The position numbers were made by a program, and so were the translations under genes. Under the pieces are notes generated by a model. The model had not been told where the DNA came from. It did no database searches and saw only the letters and a list, made by a program, of their open reading frames with translations. Below, in pieces: positions 60,031-64,000 of a DNA stretch of 64,000 bases. Location of the stretch: the NCBI RefSeq assembly GCF_036321535.1, contig NC_087437.1, positions 33,854,001 to 33,918,000 of the forward strand, in the 5' to 3' direction. Numbering within the stretch: the first letter of the stretch is position 1; every line of letters begins with the position of its first letter. The stretch comes from Camelus dromedarius (lineage: Eukaryota).

Positions 60031-61244
60031 GTGTGAAATACAACCAAGTTTAGTTGGAAAAACTGCTGAATGTAAAATATTGAAAAATAAAAATTATTAT
60101 GATATTAATATGCACCAACCAAGTTTTTAGAAAAGCAGTATTGGAATGAATAATCTAAAAAAAAAAAAAGTTGGGTAGAATAATGACGACTCTGAAGACA
60201 AGTGAAATGCATTTCATTTGTACAAATTAAGGCACAGTTACAGTCCAAAAATCACCAAAGCAGATTGCAAATGCTATTTTATTATCATCATTTATACAGT
60301 GTCTGTGACGGTGCAATTAAAATTTGATAATCATATTTGTCTCTGCATAGTAATTAGCAGGAGATAAAGACATTAAGAGAAAGTTAAAGACCAACCTTGA
60401 AACCACATGTTTGGCACCACCCAAACCTACTTTCAGCCGTGGCCTGTCTTGGTGCCTTGCTTTCCAACCTCCACTTGCTGCCCTCACAGATCTTCAATAG
60501 GGGGATACAACAAAACTCCTCTTGTGTGTTATCATGGTAATTTTCTAATTATTTTCAAAGGGAACTCTTTGAATCATTTTGTTCTTTTATTGAACATAAC
60601 ATTTAAGTAGAGGAACACATTCTCTGCAACCAAACCCTGTCTATCAGCAAGGGTAACACCGGATATCAGTTCCACTACTGAACAAATATGTCCCCACTAC
60701 TTTTTAAGCATGTCTCTCTCTTTTTTTTTTCCTATTGATTCTTTCATTTCATTGGAAAACCTAGGAGAGACAACTCAGTGATTTTTCTTTTTTCTTTTTG
60801 TATGGCAATCCTAGTCATTACTGCAAGGCCAAAAGATGAATCTCAAGTGAGTTGCTATCAAGTGTACGCACAGTGGTGGAGAACATCCCGGCCAAAGTCA
60901 GGCACCAGTGCATGTTGCAGCGCACCTGTTCGGTAGGTGGAGGAGCTTAGGGAAGGTTGTTCAGCCTGTCTGGGCCTCGGTGGTCTCATCTGTAAAGTGA
61001 GGGATTGGATTTGGTGACTTCTAAGACCTTTTCTAGCTCTATGGTTTTATTATTTCATTATACCCTGGGAACGTTTTATTGCTTTAGACTATGTAGGCTT
61101 TATTAAATTTGACTTTGCTTCATTATTTTATTATATCTGCTCTCTAGTAAATACCATTTTTGGATCTACTGACGATGTCTCCATGCCCAGTGGAAACTAA
61201 AAGGCTGGAGACATAGCATGAGCATGGGATATGAAGCACTAACA

Positions 61245-61475
61245 ACAGTGCTTCCGTTCTCCGGGTATTTATCATGGGCCAGGCATTGGCCTAGGTATTC
61301 GCTCTATCTCCTCTAATCTTCACAGCAATCCCATATAGTAAATATCAATATCCCCAATTTACAGAAGATGGAACTTACACTGGTACGTGTTGACTGCCTG
61401 GCAGCTAGAAAGTGCAATGGCTTGATTTCAACCCCAGGTCTGCCTGCCTCCTGAGCCTGTGCTCTTAATCACTAC
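61245..61475 (-). mobile_element. MIR SINE
   Basis: ccaggcattggcctagg...taatcttcacagcaatccc...atccccaatttacagaagatggaac...gatttcaaccccaggtctgcctgcctcc...gcctgtgctcttaatcacta. Confidence 0.85.
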
Positions 61476-62249
61476 GTTAGATCGGGATTTCTGGCTGGTT
61501 CCCACTCTGAGGGTTGGAGTGAACCCAGTAAAAGCAGGTAGCGCTCAGGGGTTAGGAGAGAGTTAAATGGAGCAAGCCATCAGGGGTGCTTATCCATGAA
61601 AATGCAGGCTTGAGAGGCGAGCAAGGGAGGGAAAACTAAAATTGTGTTGAGGACAGCTCCGGTTGTGGTTGTAAGGCTGTGCGATATATCACGTCCAAGG
61701 GGAGAGGCAAGAATGAACATGGGAAAATGAACAGTGACATCGGTAGCCTGGAGAGTCTTAGAATTCTACGGCTCCATCACTAAGGACGGGTACAGCAGGG
61801 TCATGTGGAAGTTCTCCTTTAAATAGCACCTGGTGGTGGCATAAGGAAATAGAGTGAACGTTTCTATAGGACAATGGAAATGGATTCCAGGAAACAGGTG
61901 GCAAGGAGTTTGTGCTGGAGCTTTTCTCAGTGGCTCGTGAGAAGCACACAGAGAGGCTTTCTGACTTGGTCAGAGAAGGGAAGGCGAGGTGGAGATGTGC
62001 TAGGCAAAGATCTCCTGTGCCTGATCCTCACGACTAGGTGATACAAGTGTCGCTGGGGCTGGTGTTCTCCAGGCCATCATCTCGTTTCACACGGTGAAGC
62101 CCTCAGAGACAACCATGCTCACTCTTTAGAAAGGTTTCCATCATAACAAAGGGTGATTTAGAACATCTAAATCAAGTGGATTGCTTTTGTCAGAAAAATG
62201 CAATTGGCTCTTGTAAAGTATTCTTGCTTTTTAAAAAATGACTCTGCAT

Positions 62250-62560
62250 CTAGCCAAACCTCCATGTTAATTACCAGTTTATACTAAATAGAGGGGATAG
62301 AGAAACAAGTTAAATGATACCACAAGGAAGTCATCAGCCAAATCCTGAATATAGAATATTTTACAAGATCCAATTTGTCTAACCACAAATGATGCATTTT
62401 CTCCAACAAATTAATGGCAAGAAATAAAAGGAAATAAATTATAGAATAAGAGATATTTAATAGATGTTAATTTAAAAATAAACAATTAGTATAAGAATAC
62501 AACTTCTAGTCATTTAAAATAAGTAATTAAACAGAGTACATGTGTGTATGTGGGTTTCCA
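62250..62560 (+). mobile_element. Old L1ME 3' fragment
   Basis: gaggggatagagaaacaagttaaatgataccacaaggaagtcatcagccaaatcc...ttctccaacaaattaatggcaag. Confidence 0.7.
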
Positions 62561-62659
62561 TTGCTCTGTTGTTTGTAACGGTGGAAATACTACACTTTCA
62601 CTGAAAAAGATGCAGCATTGAAACAGAAAAGTAAATTAAGAGGGAGGAAAAAAGCAGGT

Positions 62660-62870
62660 TATAGGCAGTCTGGACAATATGGATGGTATGGTAATCAGAA
62701 AACCTAGATTTTAATGTAAGGCTAATTCCCACTGCTGGACCTTGTGCAAATTAATCACTCCATTTCCTCATCTTAAAGTAAAGATAATTATAGTTCTTAT
62801 CTCATAGAGATACTATGAGAATTAAGTGTAATAATATTGAGCACAAAGCTTGGCAGAGTAAACATTTGCT
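62660..62870 (+). mobile_element. MIR SINE
   Basis: gaccttgtgcaaattaatcactccatttcctcatcttaaagtaaagataatt...gagaattaagtgtaataat...cttggcagagtaa. Confidence 0.8.
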
Positions 62871-63085
62871 ATATTCTTCTAGAATATACACCAAACTTTC
62901 TAGAGTGGTCATGGCTCTCTAGAGAGGAAATTTTATTTTATTTTATTTATTTTTTTAGAGAGGAAATTTTAGATTTTTTTCCCTTTTCTGTATTTGATAC
63001 ACATTCATTGTCATTCAACTCTAAAATTTTTGTCAGTTTTCTTTGTGAAAATCCGTGTGTGTGTATCCTTTCTAAAAAATATTAA

Positions 63086-63195
63086 TAAACTTTATTTTTA
63101 GAGCACGTTTAGGTTCACAGCAAAACTGAGTAGAGAGTACAGAGTCCTGTGTATCCCCTGACTGCACACACATGTAACCTCCCCACTGTCAACAG
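63086..63195 (-). mobile_element. L1MC-type 3' end fragment
   Basis: actttatttttagagcacgtttaggttcacagcaaaactgagtagagagtacagag...cctccccactgtcaaca. Confidence 0.8.
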
Positions 63196-63256
63196 TGTCC
63201 TTTTTGCACCATGAGTTACTTAGATCTGGTTTTTAATTTTCATATAAATGAGATTT

Positions 63257-63734
63257 TTTTTTAAATTTTTATTGAATGTAGTTGATTTACAATGTTAATT
63301 TCAGGTGTACACCAAAGTGATTTAGTTATACATATGCATTCATATACATATTTTTTTCAGATTCTTTTCCATTATATGTTATTATAAGAAATTGAATATA
63401 GTTCCCTGTGCTCTACAGTAGGTCCTTGTTGTGTATCTATTTTTCAAAAAGATACATGAACCCAATGGTCATAGTAGCACTGTTTACATTAGCCAAGACG
63501 TGGGAACAACCTAAATGTCCATCAACAGATGACTGGATAAAGAAGATGTAATAGATATATATGATGGAATATTACTGAGCCATAAAAAAGAATGAAAGAA
63601 ATGCCATGCAGCAACGTGAATGGACCTAGAGATTACCATATTGAATGAAGTAAATAAGACAGAGAAAGACAAATATTATATGATATTACTTATATGTGGA
63701 ATCTAAAAAAAAGATACAAATTCTATTTACAAAC
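63257..63734 (-). mobile_element. Young L1 3' fragment with 5' inversion
   Basis: Antisense tail/3'UTR to ~63443, then a (+)-oriented segment tcaaaaagatacatgaaccc...ctatttacaaac. TSD taaatgagatttttt (from 63245) / taaatgggaattttt (63735-63749). Confidence 0.9.
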
Positions 63735-64000
63735 TAAATGGGAATTTTTAACTGATAATTTGATATTTAATTTCACTGTCATCAGAGAAAATGGTTTGTA
63801 TAATCTTGATTCCATAAGAATTTATATTTAAACTCATTTTCCTGTATAACCTAACATATGGTAAATATTTGAAAAGATAGTAATTTTTCTATATACAGGG
63901 TTCTATTTATTTTTGATGTGATCTATCATTCTTTAACATATATTTTTAAATCCTTGATTACAATTCTGGATTTGTCCATTTGGGGGGTAATTTTTCTTGT

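Noticed and set aside
1..64000. A novel multi-gene or prokaryote-type system (CRISPR, defence island, operon)
   Set aside because: Typical repeat-rich mammalian non-coding DNA; no gene-dense segment, repeat-spacer array or foreign-composition insert was seen.

Overview
This is mammalian non-coding DNA, most likely camelid (camel/alpaca/llama). Three copies of a tRNA-Ala-derived SINE match my recollection of the camelid Vic-1 family, and I recognised no Alu, Bov-tA/BovB, PRE-1 or Can-SINE. I can support no protein-coding exon, RNA gene or CRISPR-like system. Every recognisable ORF in the track is a decayed transposon frame (L1 ORF2 C-terminus, CR1/L3 RT). The window is a gene desert or large intron containing about ten young L1 3' fragments, older L1M/HAL1, L2, MIR, CR1, solo LTRs and hAT/Tc1-mariner fossils. 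Between the repeats are repeat-free, motif-dense blocks that look like conserved enhancers, two of them next to small CpG-rich patches. The best-supported unusual observations are retrotransposition scars: a probable L1 3' transduction of ~277 bp (22357-22633), a 'poly(A)-only' insertion with a perfect 16-bp TSD (62920-62971), and three twin-primed inverted L1s. Repeat family names come from my memory of consensus sequences, not from a database search, and boundaries of old repeats are approximate. I found no convincing evidence for a new biological system.
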